Assembly: GCA_049584655.1 (NCBI GenBank)
Contig: JBAUYF010000027.1
Location: 139,836-203,835 of the forward strand
Direction: 5' to 3'
DNA from: Thermoplasmata archaeon
GTDB lineage: Archaea; Thermoplasmatota; Thermoplasmata; Lutacidiplasmatales; UBA184
Length of the DNA: 64,000 nt
The notes beneath the pieces are model-generated. The model did no database searches, was not told the DNA's origin, and was given only the letters and a program-made list of their open reading frames with translations. The position numbers were made by a program, and so were the translations under genes. The first letter of the stretch is position 1, and each line of letters begins with the position of its first letter. Positions 9,384 through 18,678 of the stretch are shown piece after piece.

Positions 9384-10982
9384 CTAGTTCGGTCCGGGAT
9401 TCGTCGTCGGAGCCGGCACGGGAGTAGGCGTCGGGACGCCGGAGGAGCTCCGAGGATTGCGGGCGAGCGTCGGGAGGTGCGCGAACTTCTTGTGTCGTCG
9501 AGGACCCAGCACTTCCTCCCCGAACAGAACGACGGCGCCCCCCACCAGGGTGACGACCGCTGCGATCAGGAAAGCGTACTGGAAGGCGACCAGGCTCGGC
9601 AGGTTGGTCCCGGCGAGGGGGCCGCTCGGAACGATGATGCCGGTGACGTACGTCGCGAGCAGCGCTCCGACCAACGGAGCGCCGACGCTTCCCCCCAGGT
9701 TACGGAACACGTTGTTCATGGCCGTGGCTTGTCCCATATCCTTCGGGTCGACCGTGAGCACCAACATGTTGATGATGGACGCATTCAGAAGTGCGATTCC
9801 CGCCCCGGTGACGAACTCGTAGACGAGACACTGGGTCAGCGTCGTCGCCGAGGCGAGCAAAAGGAACCCCACCCCCGTGAGCGCGGAGCCCGCGAGCGCG
9901 AGAGGTTTGACGCCCACACGAGAAACGATTACGCTCGCGATGATCGCGACCACCAGAATGGCGAGCGCCAACGGAACGATGTCGATACCGGCTTGGAGAA
10001 TGTCTTGCGAGAACCCGCCCGACGCGGTCGGGAACTCGAATCGATAGATGAGTGAGAACAACGCCATGTACATCCCGAGGCCGGCGACCGTGAGTACCAC
10101 GTTGGTCACGGCTACGTTCCGCTCTTTGAGGAGCCGGGGATCCACGATCGGCTCGCGCGCCTGCAGGGTCCAGCGCCGCTCCCATAGGGCGAAGGGGACG
10201 AGGAGGACGAGGCCCGTGGTTAGGAATCCCAAAGTCAACGCCGAGCTCCAACCCCAGGCCTGCCCTTGGGAGAGGGCCGCGACGATCCCCGCCAGCGCGC
10301 CACCCAATAATGCCGCACCGACGTAGTCGACCCGCACGTTGGGACGCCGGTAGGGAGATTCCCGGACGAGCAGGAAGACGGCGATGGTCAGGAGGAGCAC
10401 GAACGGAATCGCCGAATGGTAGGTGTATCGCCATCCGTACGTTTGGGAAACGAACGAACCCACCGGAAGACTGATGGCGAACCCCACCCCAAACATGGCA
10501 CTTAGAAGGCCTTGCGCTCGGGGGACCAACTCCCGAGGAAACTCCTCCCGCACGAGCGCCATCCCGAGGGGAAGGATCGTGAGCCCGATTCCCTGTACCG
10601 TCCGGGAAACGATCATGAAGCTAAAGTTCGGAGAAAATCCGGTCACCGAGACCGCTGCTGCGTACGCCAACATGGCGCCCATCAGCACTTTGCGCTTCCC
10701 GTGGATGTCGCCGAGTTTTCCGACAACGGGGCTCAGCGCCACGCCCGAGATCGCGTACGCAGAGATTACGAGCGTAACCTGTGCGGTATCGACATGGAAG
10801 TCGCTTTGGATCGTCGGGAGGGAGGGCGTCAGCATCCCTTCCACATAGAGAACGGTCATCACGATCCCGGCGAGCAGCAGCATTACCCGGTTCGCGTAGC
10901 GACTGTCGAAATTCTCCATCGTCTTCGGGGCGGGAGTAACGGAGGCGGACCGGAGGGCCGACGCAGACTGGGCGGCCGTCAT
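9384..10982 (-). CDS. MFS transporter, DHA2 (EmrB/QacA) 14-TMS drug:H+ antiporter family
   Basis: About 14 TM helices and MFS motifs (GKLGDIHGKRKVL). Pro/Thr-rich C-terminal tail, TAG stop. Start overlaps the MarR stop (ATGA). Confidence 0.85.
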   Translation of the reverse strand: MTAAQSASALRSASVTPAPKTMENFDSRYANRVMLLLAGIVMTVLYVEGMLTPSLPTIQSDFHVDTAQVTLVISAYAISGVALSPVVGKLGDIHGKRKVLMGAMLAYAAAVSVTGFSPNFSFMIVSRTVQGIGLTILPLGMALVREEFPRELVPRAQGLLSAMFGVGFAISLPVGSFVSQTYGWRYTYHSAIPFVLLLTIAVFLLVRESPYRRPNVRVDYVGAALLGGALAGIVAALSQGQAWGWSSALTLGFLTTGLVLLVPFALWERRWTLQAREPIVDPRLLKERNVAVTNVVLTVAGLGMYMALFSLIYRFEFPTASGGFSQDILQAGIDIVPLALAILVVAIIASVIVSRVGVKPLALAGSALTGVGFLLLASATTLTQCLVYEFVTGAGIALLNASIINMLVLTVDPKDMGQATAMNNVFRNLGGSVGAPLVGALLATYVTGIIVPSGPLAGTNLPSLVAFQYAFLIAAVVTLVGGAVVLFGEEVLGPRRHKKFAHLPTLARNPRSSSGVPTPTPVPAPTTNPGPN

Positions 10983-11473
10983 TTCGCGCTCCGCAGAGGA
11001 TTGGCCACTGGGCCGTGGATTTGGCGCAGATTGGCGACGAGCTGAGCCAGGGCGCGAGCCAGGTCGGCTCGCTGGCGATCTCCGATTCCCGCGAGACCCT
11101 TCTCCAAGAATTGGCGGCGCTCGGATTCCACGCCCAACAGGACCCGTCGGGAGCGCGCGGTCAAGGAAGTCCGATGACTGCGACGGTCCGTGTCCGGCGC
11201 GGAGCGTACGACCCAGCCCGCCGATTCTAAGATGTTCAGACTGGAGGTGACGGCGGGACGGCTGATACCAAATTGATCCGCGATCTGGGACGGAGGCAAC
11301 GGTCCCTTCACCTGTAGCATCCGGAGCAACGTAAGTTGGGGAAGGGTCAACCCGTGCCGACGGGCTGCTAGGTGGAGAAAGATCATCGTTTCGCTGAACA
11401 GCTCGCCTAAGGCGGCAGCTCCGGCTTGGAGCTCCTGAGACCGAGCGGAATCAACGTGAGCCGATTTGAGCAT
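10979..11473 (-). CDS. MarR family transcriptional regulator
   Basis: Winged-HTH MarR pattern (LTLPQLTLLRML...GPLPPSQIADQFGISRPAVTSSLNILESAGWVVRSAPDTDRR). Forms a marR-MFS operon. Confidence 0.85.
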   Translation of the reverse strand: MLKSAHVDSARSQELQAGAAALGELFSETMIFLHLAARRHGLTLPQLTLLRMLQVKGPLPPSQIADQFGISRPAVTSSLNILESAGWVVRSAPDTDRRSHRTSLTARSRRVLLGVESERRQFLEKGLAGIGDRQRADLARALAQLVANLRQIHGPVANPLRSAK

Positions 11474-11613
11474 ATGATTAGGACAACAATACTATTTTGA
11501 CTACTTAACGATATTCGGGTGATGGTGGAGAGTTCACTAAGTGACCGTTACTTCAGTCCGCGGTGGGTATCAGCCCCGCGTCCTTGCTCTTCCCCCCCCC
11601 AAGGGAAGCGAAC

Positions 11614-12363
11614 TTAGGGTCCGATATCCCGAGTCAGTTCGTGAAGGGGTCCCGCAAGTCGGTTCGTCAGGTCTGGGACTTGCGTGCCCTCGCTTAACAA
11701 AAGTTCGACGGCGTGGCCCAGCGCTCGTAGAAGATTCGAACGATCGACGCCGTGAACCATCGCTGCCGCGGCCGCGGTGAGTACTTCGGGCGGAAGTCGA
11801 TCCACGCCGCGGCCGTGATCCGGTGGGAGCCCGCGACGCAGGCATGCGAGCGAAAGGGCCTCATCGCGTACGCCCCCGATCCAATACTCCGCCTGCCACA
11901 GCCTTCCCCGCTCGATGCAGAAGCGAGCTCGCACGGCGTGATGGATGCCGCATCCCAACGCGTCTCGTGGGGGTCGAGGGGGCGAATGCTGCTTCCTGGT
12001 GGCGGTCCCGAAAAGAAGCTTGAATCGCGGACCATTATCCGCGACGAAACCCGGGGTCACCGACAAGTCCACCTGAAGAAGGCCTGGCAACAGGAAGACA
12101 CGATAGCTGGTCTCTCGGTCGCGGAGATCGAAGAGTCGGACGGCCCCGAACGTCCGGTCCAAGTCCGCGGCCCAATCGTCGAGAATTTGTGTTGCCGGGG
12201 ATCCGTCGGTAAGACCAAAGGTCAGGTCAAGGTCAGACCAACGATCCGAGCCGCCCACTGCGTCAGATCCAACGACCGCCCCACCGAGGATCCGTTGATC
12301 CTCCCGAGCGACGCGCAGAATGTGCTCTCGGACGCGCTCGCGGTACGCTGAGGTGAACATCAA
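11614..12363 (-). CDS. nucleotidyltransferase-domain protein (aminoglycoside/lincosamide adenylyltransferase-like)
   Basis: N-terminal minimal NTase motif LGGAVVGSDAVGGSDRWSDLDL (GS...DxD) and about 250 aa in length, similar to the ANT(6)/AadK family. Substrate unknown. Confidence 0.5.
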   Translation of the reverse strand: MMFTSAYRERVREHILRVAREDQRILGGAVVGSDAVGGSDRWSDLDLTFGLTDGSPATQILDDWAADLDRTFGAVRLFDLRDRETSYRVFLLPGLLQVDLSVTPGFVADNGPRFKLLFGTATRKQHSPPRPPRDALGCGIHHAVRARFCIERGRLWQAEYWIGGVRDEALSLACLRRGLPPDHGRGVDRLPPEVLTAAAAAMVHGVDRSNLLRALGHAVELLLSEGTQVPDLTNRLAGPLHELTRDIGP

Positions 12364-12648
12364 TCGTTCCGTCGGGTGCAGGAACTTGACGGAATATTAC
12401 AGGGAAGTGTACGCCATTCCTCGCGGTACCCGCGCAGTCGCGCTGTACGGAGTCTCGAATTCAGGCGCCAATATGCCGTGGAGTCGGTTGCTAGATCCCA
12501 GCGCGCGCCGGAGCGCACTGTTCTATCGGTGGGTTTGTGGACGGGACCGTGGGGGACATCTATTCCTATAGGGTCTTGTATTGAGCCATCTACGAAATGG
12601 AGAAGGGTAAATTAGCACAGAGGCCGGCATTCGGCAGCTCGATCAAGG

Positions 12649-13215
12649 ATGCCGCGTAGAGGAACTCGGCCCGGATTACCAATGGCGACAGAGCTCGAGT
12701 CGTTCCGTGCGTGGTTCGCCTACATCGCCGACGCGCGCCAGGGCTACCTGGAGACCTTCGCCAAGCTTCCGGCCGCAGAACTTTCGCGCGACCGAAGTGC
12801 GTCCTACCCCACGCTGCTCGACATTTTCGCCCACTCTCAGGGCGCCCTGTACTTCTGGTTCCAGAACTGCTCGACGGTACCGTTCCCGCCGCAAGATGCT
12901 GAGTCCGATGGTCCCGCCACGGTTGCAGTGCTGAGGAAAGACGAGACGTACCTCCAGACGCAGATTCGTGCGTTCATGGAGCGACTAACCGAAGGCGAAC
13001 TCTCTCGTACCATCCCGGTAAAGAGGAAACAGCCATCGCCTCATGACTGCAACGTCCCCATTCGAGAGGTTCTATGGCATCTGGTAGAAGAGGAGCTGCA
13101 GCACCGCGGTGAGATCAACGCACTACTCTGGCAGATCGACGTCGAACCACCGATAGCCAGCTGGATCGATTGGGGCCATGACGTCGGCCGAATCCAGGAT
13201 TCTTCTTCGAAGTGA
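12649..13215 (+). CDS. DinB/YfiT-like four-helix-bundle metalloprotein (DinB_2 family)
   Basis: His-rich metal-binding motifs (DIFAHSQ ... VLWHLVEEELQHRGEI). The true start may be the Met at 12682 (MATELESF). Confidence 0.5.
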   Translation: MPRRGTRPGLPMATELESFRAWFAYIADARQGYLETFAKLPAAELSRDRSASYPTLLDIFAHSQGALYFWFQNCSTVPFPPQDAESDGPATVAVLRKDETYLQTQIRAFMERLTEGELSRTIPVKRKQPSPHDCNVPIREVLWHLVEEELQHRGEINALLWQIDVEPPIASWIDWGHDVGRIQDSSSK

Positions 13216-13488
13216 CTGTCGAACTCTTACGTGCTGGGGGCGATCTCGCGGTGCCGTGGAACAAGACGTTCGGCGCGTCTTCGAAGCCTGAAACGAGAGT
13301 GGGTCGCGGAAAGCGGCACTCGCGCCCCGCGTACAGTCGAGACGGCTGAGACTGTTCAGACTCGGACTCGAACCGGTTCTGGCCGAACTTGCGAGGAGGT
13401 GAGACGAGCCACGCGGATTCGCGCGCTCCTCGAGAATTCAACCCACCAGTTTCTATCGACGGTCGTCTGGTCGCCGTGGAGGGGTCGG

Positions 13489-13701
13489 CTAGGCCGCCTT
13501 TGTGCCACCCGAATGCGTCCGCGCCGCGAGGCCCAGGAGGAGTGCGCCCACAAATGCAAGGGAAACCAGGAGGAGGCGCACGTCGAACGCGGTCGTACCC
13601 GGCCCTCCCAGAGACGTTTGGAGGTAGGCTCCCACTCCGGCCAAGGCCACGACAATTCCTGCCAAAACTCCGATCAGGGTGGGGGACAAATTGCTCGGCA
13701 T
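13489..13701 (-). CDS. small hypothetical membrane protein (2 TM)
   Basis: ORF with two hydrophobic helices and little Arg, unlike the neighbouring artefact ORFs. No homology recognised. Confidence 0.25.
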   Translation of the reverse strand: MPSNLSPTLIGVLAGIVVALAGVGAYLQTSLGGPGTTAFDVRLLLVSLAFVGALLLGLAARTHSGGTKAA

Positions 13702-13833
13702 AGGATCCCGCTAAGCTGCGGAACGTTTAGAACGGACCCCTTTTCAAAAGAGCATCACATTTCGCCAATTGCCCTTCACCCGCTCGGGTTCTGGGGATAT
13801 CGGGGGCGATTGAAGTCACCGTCCGGGGGAGCA

Positions 13834-13939
13834 CGCCCGTGCTGGGATTTGAACCCAGGTCTGAGGCTCCGCAGGCCTCTAGGATAATCCAGTGTAGCAG
13901 AACCGGTTGAGTACGGTCCCGAAGCTACCCCACACGGGC
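13834..13939 (-). tRNA. tRNA gene, 106 nt, probably with a non-canonical intron; anticodon arm GAGGC-CUGCGGA-GCCUC suggests tRNA-Arg(GCG)
   Basis: The minus strand reads GCCCGTG...(anticodon arm)...AGAC-CTGGG-TTCAAAT-CCCAG-CACGGGC-G. It has a 7-bp acceptor stem, a canonical T-arm and a 5-bp anticodon stem with a 7-nt loop carrying U33. An extra 31 nt or so sits in the D-loop region, flanked by a GTAGC/GCTAC helix. CCA is not encoded. Confidence 0.6.
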
Positions 13940-13981
13940 ACGCGGTCTCCCTTTGTATGACCTCGGCGCGGCGAGAAGGGC

Positions 13982-13996
13982 GGTCTATAAAAGACC
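13982..13996. promoter_or_regulatory. palindromic TATA element GGTCTATAAAAGACC
   Basis: The TATA box CTATAAAAG is flanked by a perfect 5-bp inverted repeat. It lies 43 nt upstream of the tRNA 5' end on the minus strand. A second TATA-like TTTATA at 14030 lies about 52 nt upstream of gatD. Confidence 0.4.
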
Positions 13997-14086
13997 GGGC
14001 TCGCCGCCGAGAGCAATCGAGCCAGACTTTATACCGCCCGAGGCTGACGCGCCCGACAGCGGCACGAAAGCGGACGGAATCGACTG

Positions 14087-15412
14087 ATGGACGGAACGAC
14101 AGCGGGTGATCCTTGGCAAGTCCTCCACGATCTGCCGATGGGTCGGCGCGTGACTATCACGGCACCAAGCGGCCAAACCTGGACAGGGACGATCGTCCCC
14201 CACACTGAGCTTTCCGGTGATAGAGTGATTCAGCTGAAACTATCGAGCGGCTACAACGTCGGGCTACGCGTGGAACCGGAGTTCCGTGTCGAGATTCTTC
14301 CTCAACAAACCGAGGATAACCGAGCCGAGGAGCAAGTCGGACTCACCAAGGAACAGGCCTCGAGTGCTCCGGGGAGCCGGTGGGTAGCGCTGCTAACCAC
14401 GGGGGGAACGATCGCCTCACGCGTCGATTATCAAACCGGGGGTGTCCGTCCGGTCCGAGACGAAAACGAAATCCTCCAGTTCTATCCCGATCTCAACCAA
14501 GACGGGCCGGTGCGCGTCGTATCGGTTTTTGACAAGTTGAGTGAGGATATCGCCCCGTCCGATTGGGCAACGCTCGCCGACAAGATCGTCGCGACGTTTC
14601 GAGCGGGGGCGCGCGGCATCGTGGTGGCGCATGGAACGGACACCCTTGGATTCACCGCGTCTGTGCTGAGTTTCTTGCTCGCGAATCTGCCCGGCCCTGT
14701 GGTGCTCGTGGGTGCGCAACGCTCCCCCGACCGCCCGTCGTCCGATGGGGCCTCTAACCTCCACGCCGCGGTTCGGCTCGCTCGGGAGGGCGAGATTGGA
14801 GAGGTCGTCGTTCTGATGCACGCGGGATTGTCGGATGATCGGTTCGCCATACATCGCGCTACGCACGTACGCAAGATGCACTCGAGCCGGCGCGATGCGT
14901 TTCAGAGTCGCAATGGCCCACCGATTGGTTTCGTCAGTCCGGAGTCCATTACCTGGACGCAATCCGTAAGACCAACACATCCGACAGGGCTCGCGGTCGA
15001 AGGTCCTCTGAGCGACGAGGCGGCCCTCCTTTGGTTCTACCCGGGGCTGGGACCCGAGCAGGCCGCGGCTTTTGCCCGCGGTCGACGGGGCTTAGTCATT
15101 GCGGGGACCGGGCTCGGCCACGTTGCCTCCGCCCATTTCGCGTGGATCCGCGAGGCGGTCGCGAGTGGCATGATCGTGGTGATGACGACGCAGTGTCTCG
15201 AAGGACTCGCCGATCCGTACGTGTATGCAACCGGCAGAGAACTGTTGCGGGCCGGAGTTCTATACGTAGATGATTTACTCCCCGAGACCGCCTACACGAA
15301 GTTGCTCTGGGCGCTCGGTAGATCGAAAGAACCCGCCGAAATCCGAGCCCTCATGATGCAGGACCGCGTCGGAGAATTCGTCCGTCGACATGTCGTCGAG
15401 GGAGCCTCGTGA
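14087..15412 (+). CDS. gatD: glutamyl-tRNA(Gln) amidotransferase subunit D (archaeal, asparaginase-like)
   Basis: Asparaginase motif TTGGTIASR, a 441-aa protein, immediately followed by gatE with a GTGA overlap. Confidence 0.9.
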   Translation: MDGTTAGDPWQVLHDLPMGRRVTITAPSGQTWTGTIVPHTELSGDRVIQLKLSSGYNVGLRVEPEFRVEILPQQTEDNRAEEQVGLTKEQASSAPGSRWVALLTTGGTIASRVDYQTGGVRPVRDENEILQFYPDLNQDGPVRVVSVFDKLSEDIAPSDWATLADKIVATFRAGARGIVVAHGTDTLGFTASVLSFLLANLPGPVVLVGAQRSPDRPSSDGASNLHAAVRLAREGEIGEVVVLMHAGLSDDRFAIHRATHVRKMHSSRRDAFQSRNGPPIGFVSPESITWTQSVRPTHPTGLAVEGPLSDEAALLWFYPGLGPEQAAAFARGRRGLVIAGTGLGHVASAHFAWIREAVASGMIVVMTTQCLEGLADPYVYATGRELLRAGVLYVDDLLPETAYTKLLWALGRSKEPAEIRALMMQDRVGEFVRRHVVEGAS

Positions 15413-17262
15413 AGGCTGGCTTAGAGGTTCATCAACAGCTGGCCACGGGGAAGCTCTTCTGCGCGTGTCCCGCAGAACTCTCCGAGGAGGTGACGGGAAC
15501 TTTCGCCCGCAAGCTGCGCGCTGCAAGCGGGGAAAATATGCACGTCGACGCCGCGGTGGCATTTCAATCAGCTCGCCGTCTGCTGTTTCGATACGAGGTG
15601 ACGCCGTCGAACTGCCTTGTGGACGCCGACGAGGAACCCCCTCATACGCTGAACGCGGAGGCGATGGAGGTCGCGATGACGGTGGCCCTCCTGTTGCACG
15701 CCCATCCCTTGGACGAAGTCGAAGTCATGCGGAAGATCGTCATCGACGGGTCGAACACCACCGGCTTCCAGCGCACCGCTCTGGTGGCGGTCGACGGATA
15801 CGTCGATCTCCACGGGAAGCGCTACTCGATCCCCTCCGTCTGTCTCGAGGAGGATGCGGCCCGGAAGTCCCGAGAGTCGGGGACTGAGGTCGTCTATCGA
15901 CTTGATCGGCTGGGAATTCCACTCGTAGAGATCGCCACGGGTCCCGAGATCACGAGTCCTTCTGAAGCGCGCGAGCTCGCGGAGGAGATCGGCGGTCTGC
16001 TCCGCGCGACCCACCGGGTCCGTCGCGGCATTGGTACGATCCGCGAAGATCTCAACGTCTCGATCGAAGGGGGCCGACGGATCGAGATCAAAGGTGTACA
16101 GGAGCTGCGCCTGATCCACCGGTACGTTGAGTCCGAGATCGAGCGACAACAGGTGCTGCTCCGCGTCCGGGACGAGTTGAGGAAGCGGGCAGCGCCGCCT
16201 CCCGTCAACGACCCTCGAGACGTGACGTTCTTCTTTAGGGAGCACGGAAGCGGTTTCCTAGCCACGACGGCTCGCAAGAACGGAACCGTGCTTGGGGTTC
16301 GCTTGAAGGGCTTCGCCGGCCTGTTCCAGTCTCCCCCCGGTTCCGATGAGCGACTCGGTCGTGAACTCGCCGATTATGCACGAACGACCGGATTGAAGGG
16401 GCTGATCCACTCGGATGAGCTACCGGGGTACGGTATCGCCGCGGAGGAGTGCGATCTGCTACGAAAAGAACTCCAGGCCGGCCCGCAGGACGGATTTGTC
16501 CTCGTGGCCGATCGGTCGGCCGCACGGCTCCGGGAGGCACTCGACCGCGTGGTGCGCCGGGCGACCGCCGCACTCGAGGGGATTCCTGAAGAGACCCGCG
16601 ATCCGCTGCCGGATGGCCGGACCCGCTACTCGCGGCCGCTTCCCGGGCGCGACCGGATGTACCCGGAAACTGACATTCCTCCCATCCCCGTCGACCCTGG
16701 TTGGGTGGATCAACTTCGGCAGCGATTGCCCGAGCGGCCGGAGCAACTTCGAGACCGTCTCGCACAACGCTATGCACTCCCGGTCGAAATGATCGGTCAA
16801 GTCGAAGGAGCCGGCGAGCTCGAACGCTTTGAAGCCCTTGCGGGAATGGGGCACGCTCCGTCCATCGTGGCGCGCCTCCTGATCCAGGACCTCCCCTCCC
16901 TCAACGCCAGCGGTCTGACGGTCGTACCCTCGAATGAACTCCTGAGCGACGTGCTGGGAGCCCAGGAGCGGGGCGAGTTCGCGAAAGAGGGGATCCCGCT
17001 TGTTGTCACGGAACTGTTGCGGGGCGCCAGCGGGATAGGCGCGGCCGTCGATCGCGCGGGATTCTCGGCTCTCTCTACGAGCGAGCTCGATCGCATCGTC
17101 GATGAGATCGTGAAGGCAAATCGTGACGTCATCCGAGAGCGAGGTAAGGCCGCCCTTTCCCCGCTGATGGGAGATGTGATGAAAGTCGTTCGCGGTCGTC
17201 GAGATGGCAAGGACGTGGCCGAAGCCCTCCGTCGATCGATCGATCGGATGCAGAACTCGTAG
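15409..17262 (+). CDS. gatE: glutamyl-tRNA(Gln) amidotransferase subunit E (archaeal)
   Basis: N-terminus (V)KAGLEVHQQLATGKLFCACP is typical of GatE. 617 aa, TAG stop. Confidence 0.9.
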   Translation: MKAGLEVHQQLATGKLFCACPAELSEEVTGTFARKLRAASGENMHVDAAVAFQSARRLLFRYEVTPSNCLVDADEEPPHTLNAEAMEVAMTVALLLHAHPLDEVEVMRKIVIDGSNTTGFQRTALVAVDGYVDLHGKRYSIPSVCLEEDAARKSRESGTEVVYRLDRLGIPLVEIATGPEITSPSEARELAEEIGGLLRATHRVRRGIGTIREDLNVSIEGGRRIEIKGVQELRLIHRYVESEIERQQVLLRVRDELRKRAAPPPVNDPRDVTFFFREHGSGFLATTARKNGTVLGVRLKGFAGLFQSPPGSDERLGRELADYARTTGLKGLIHSDELPGYGIAAEECDLLRKELQAGPQDGFVLVADRSAARLREALDRVVRRATAALEGIPEETRDPLPDGRTRYSRPLPGRDRMYPETDIPPIPVDPGWVDQLRQRLPERPEQLRDRLAQRYALPVEMIGQVEGAGELERFEALAGMGHAPSIVARLLIQDLPSLNASGLTVVPSNELLSDVLGAQERGEFAKEGIPLVVTELLRGASGIGAAVDRAGFSALSTSELDRIVDEIVKANRDVIRERGKAALSPLMGDVMKVVRGRRDGKDVAEALRRSIDRMQNS

Positions 17263-17264
17263 CG

Positions 17265-17996
17265 ATGAGTCCCGTGACCCCTCTCCGCTCCCGACGGCTT
17301 CGAATGAAGGTCCGTGCCGTCGTCACCGACATCGATGGTACTTTAACGGACGCCGACCGCCGACTTTCGACCGAGGCCGTCCAGGCGATCCGCTCGGTAG
17401 AGACGAACGGAATCCCGGTCGTCCTTGCCACGGGCAACGTTCTTCCTGTGGCACTCGCGATCTACCGATCGATCGGACTCAAGGGGCCAATCGTGGCGGA
17501 GAACGGCGGACTCATCTACCGCAGGGACGGGGGGATCGACCGCGTGGAGAAGCTCGCGGACCGCACCCTGGCGCTAATGGCGTATCGCAAACTCCGGAAG
17601 GCCGGGCTGCCGGTCCGACGATTGTTCACGGACCGATGGCGCGAGACGGAGGTGGCGCTCGAACCCAATGTCTCCGTCGCCGCGGTGCGCCGCTGCTTGC
17701 GAGGCGGCTCCGTGTTCGTCGAGGGCACTGGATATGCGCTCCACTTGATGGAACGCGGGGCGGGCAAGGTCTTCGCCGTCCGGAAGGCGCTCGGAACGCT
17801 CGGCATTGCACTCGAAGAATGTCTCGTCGCAGGGGACGGAGACAACGACGTGGCCATGCTTCGCGCCGCGCGATTCGGGGTCAGCTTCCCGACCGCGAGT
17901 CCCCGCGCGCGACGCGCCGCCGACTTCATCGCCCCGTCGGGGTACGCCCGCGGGTTCGTGGAAGGTCTTAAAGCGGGCCGAGTTTACGGCGAGTAG
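17265..17996 (+). CDS. HAD-IIB phosphatase, archaeal phosphoglycolate-phosphatase-like
   Basis: HAD motif I VVTDIDGTLTD, motif LATGN, and a C-terminal GDGDNDVAML. The start may be the Met at 17304 (MKVRAVV). Confidence 0.75.
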   Translation: MSPVTPLRSRRLRMKVRAVVTDIDGTLTDADRRLSTEAVQAIRSVETNGIPVVLATGNVLPVALAIYRSIGLKGPIVAENGGLIYRRDGGIDRVEKLADRTLALMAYRKLRKAGLPVRRLFTDRWRETEVALEPNVSVAAVRRCLRGGSVFVEGTGYALHLMERGAGKVFAVRKALGTLGIALEECLVAGDGDNDVAMLRAARFGVSFPTASPRARRAADFIAPSGYARGFVEGLKAGRVYGE

Positions 17997-18017
17997 GTCC
18001 CTCGGAGGAGGCGGACC

Positions 18018-18218
18018 GTGCTCGTTAGTCAGTGCGCCAAATGTGGCTTGCCCGCCACGTTACATTGTACGATCTGCGGGCGGACGTTTTGCCGAACCTG
18101 CTTGGACGCGGACGAGCGCGTCTGTACCGATTGCTTGACACTTCAGAAGCGAGCCCGGGGCGTGGTCGGAGTGCGACTCCCACCCTCGCGGCGAACAATC
18201 CGTCCGTACAATCAGTAA
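18018..18218 (+). CDS. small double zinc-ribbon protein (8 Cys)
   Basis: CAKCG...CTICG...CRTC...CTDC pattern. GTG start preceded by a strong SD, GGAGGAGG, 7 nt upstream. Confidence 0.45.
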   Translation: MLVSQCAKCGLPATLHCTICGRTFCRTCLDADERVCTDCLTLQKRARGVVGVRLPPSRRTIRPYNQ

Positions 18219-18532
18219 TTGTAACCCGGTAGCACGAACGGTCCCTTGGCCGTCTGCCGGCTCAGGAACATGAACACGACCCCGATCGCTCCCGTGACGA
18301 GGCCAAGACCGAAGGTCGCCCACGCGTAGGGGCCGAGCGTGGGAAAGATCCGAACCACTCCGAAGAGCACCCAGCCGGCCTTGGGAGCATAGGCGTGCAG
18401 CAATAGGTTGGTAAGGAATCCAAGCCCCCAGCCGAGCAAGATTAGGAGACCGCCCGCAATTTTCAGTCCGATTCGCTCGTCACCGCCGTGATCCTCGGGG
18501 GGCGTCGCGGGCAGTTCCTGATCGTCGACCAC
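18212..18532 (-). CDS. hypothetical small membrane protein (3 TM)
   Basis: Hydrophobic segments with a plausible composition. No homology recognised. Confidence 0.35.
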   Translation of the reverse strand: MVDDQELPATPPEDHGGDERIGLKIAGGLLILLGWGLGFLTNLLLHAYAPKAGWVLFGVVRIFPTLGPYAWATFGLGLVTGAIGVVFMFLSRQTAKGPFVLPGYNY

Positions 18533-18678
18533 GATCGGTCTGAGGAGAATCCGAGTCTTAGCCGTTGCGATTCCTTGCGAGGAGGAAGAGATCGGAATAC
18601 GAGTTGCGTGACGCGCGCCGATCGATCGTCGGAGAATGGCACTGATGGGGTCGCTAGTGACCCCGATTTGGGCTCCCG

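Noticed and set aside
12320-12615. Small ORFs (83 and 79 aa) in the 285-bp spacer between the nucleotidyltransferase and DinB genes
   Set aside because: No start-site signals, moderate Arg content, no homology. Retained only as a remote possibility.
13355-13385. tRNA-like T-arm fragment (RC reads CCGGTTCGAGTCCG)
   Set aside because: Only a 3-bp T-stem is possible and no acceptor stem is present. Probably chance, or a degraded remnant.
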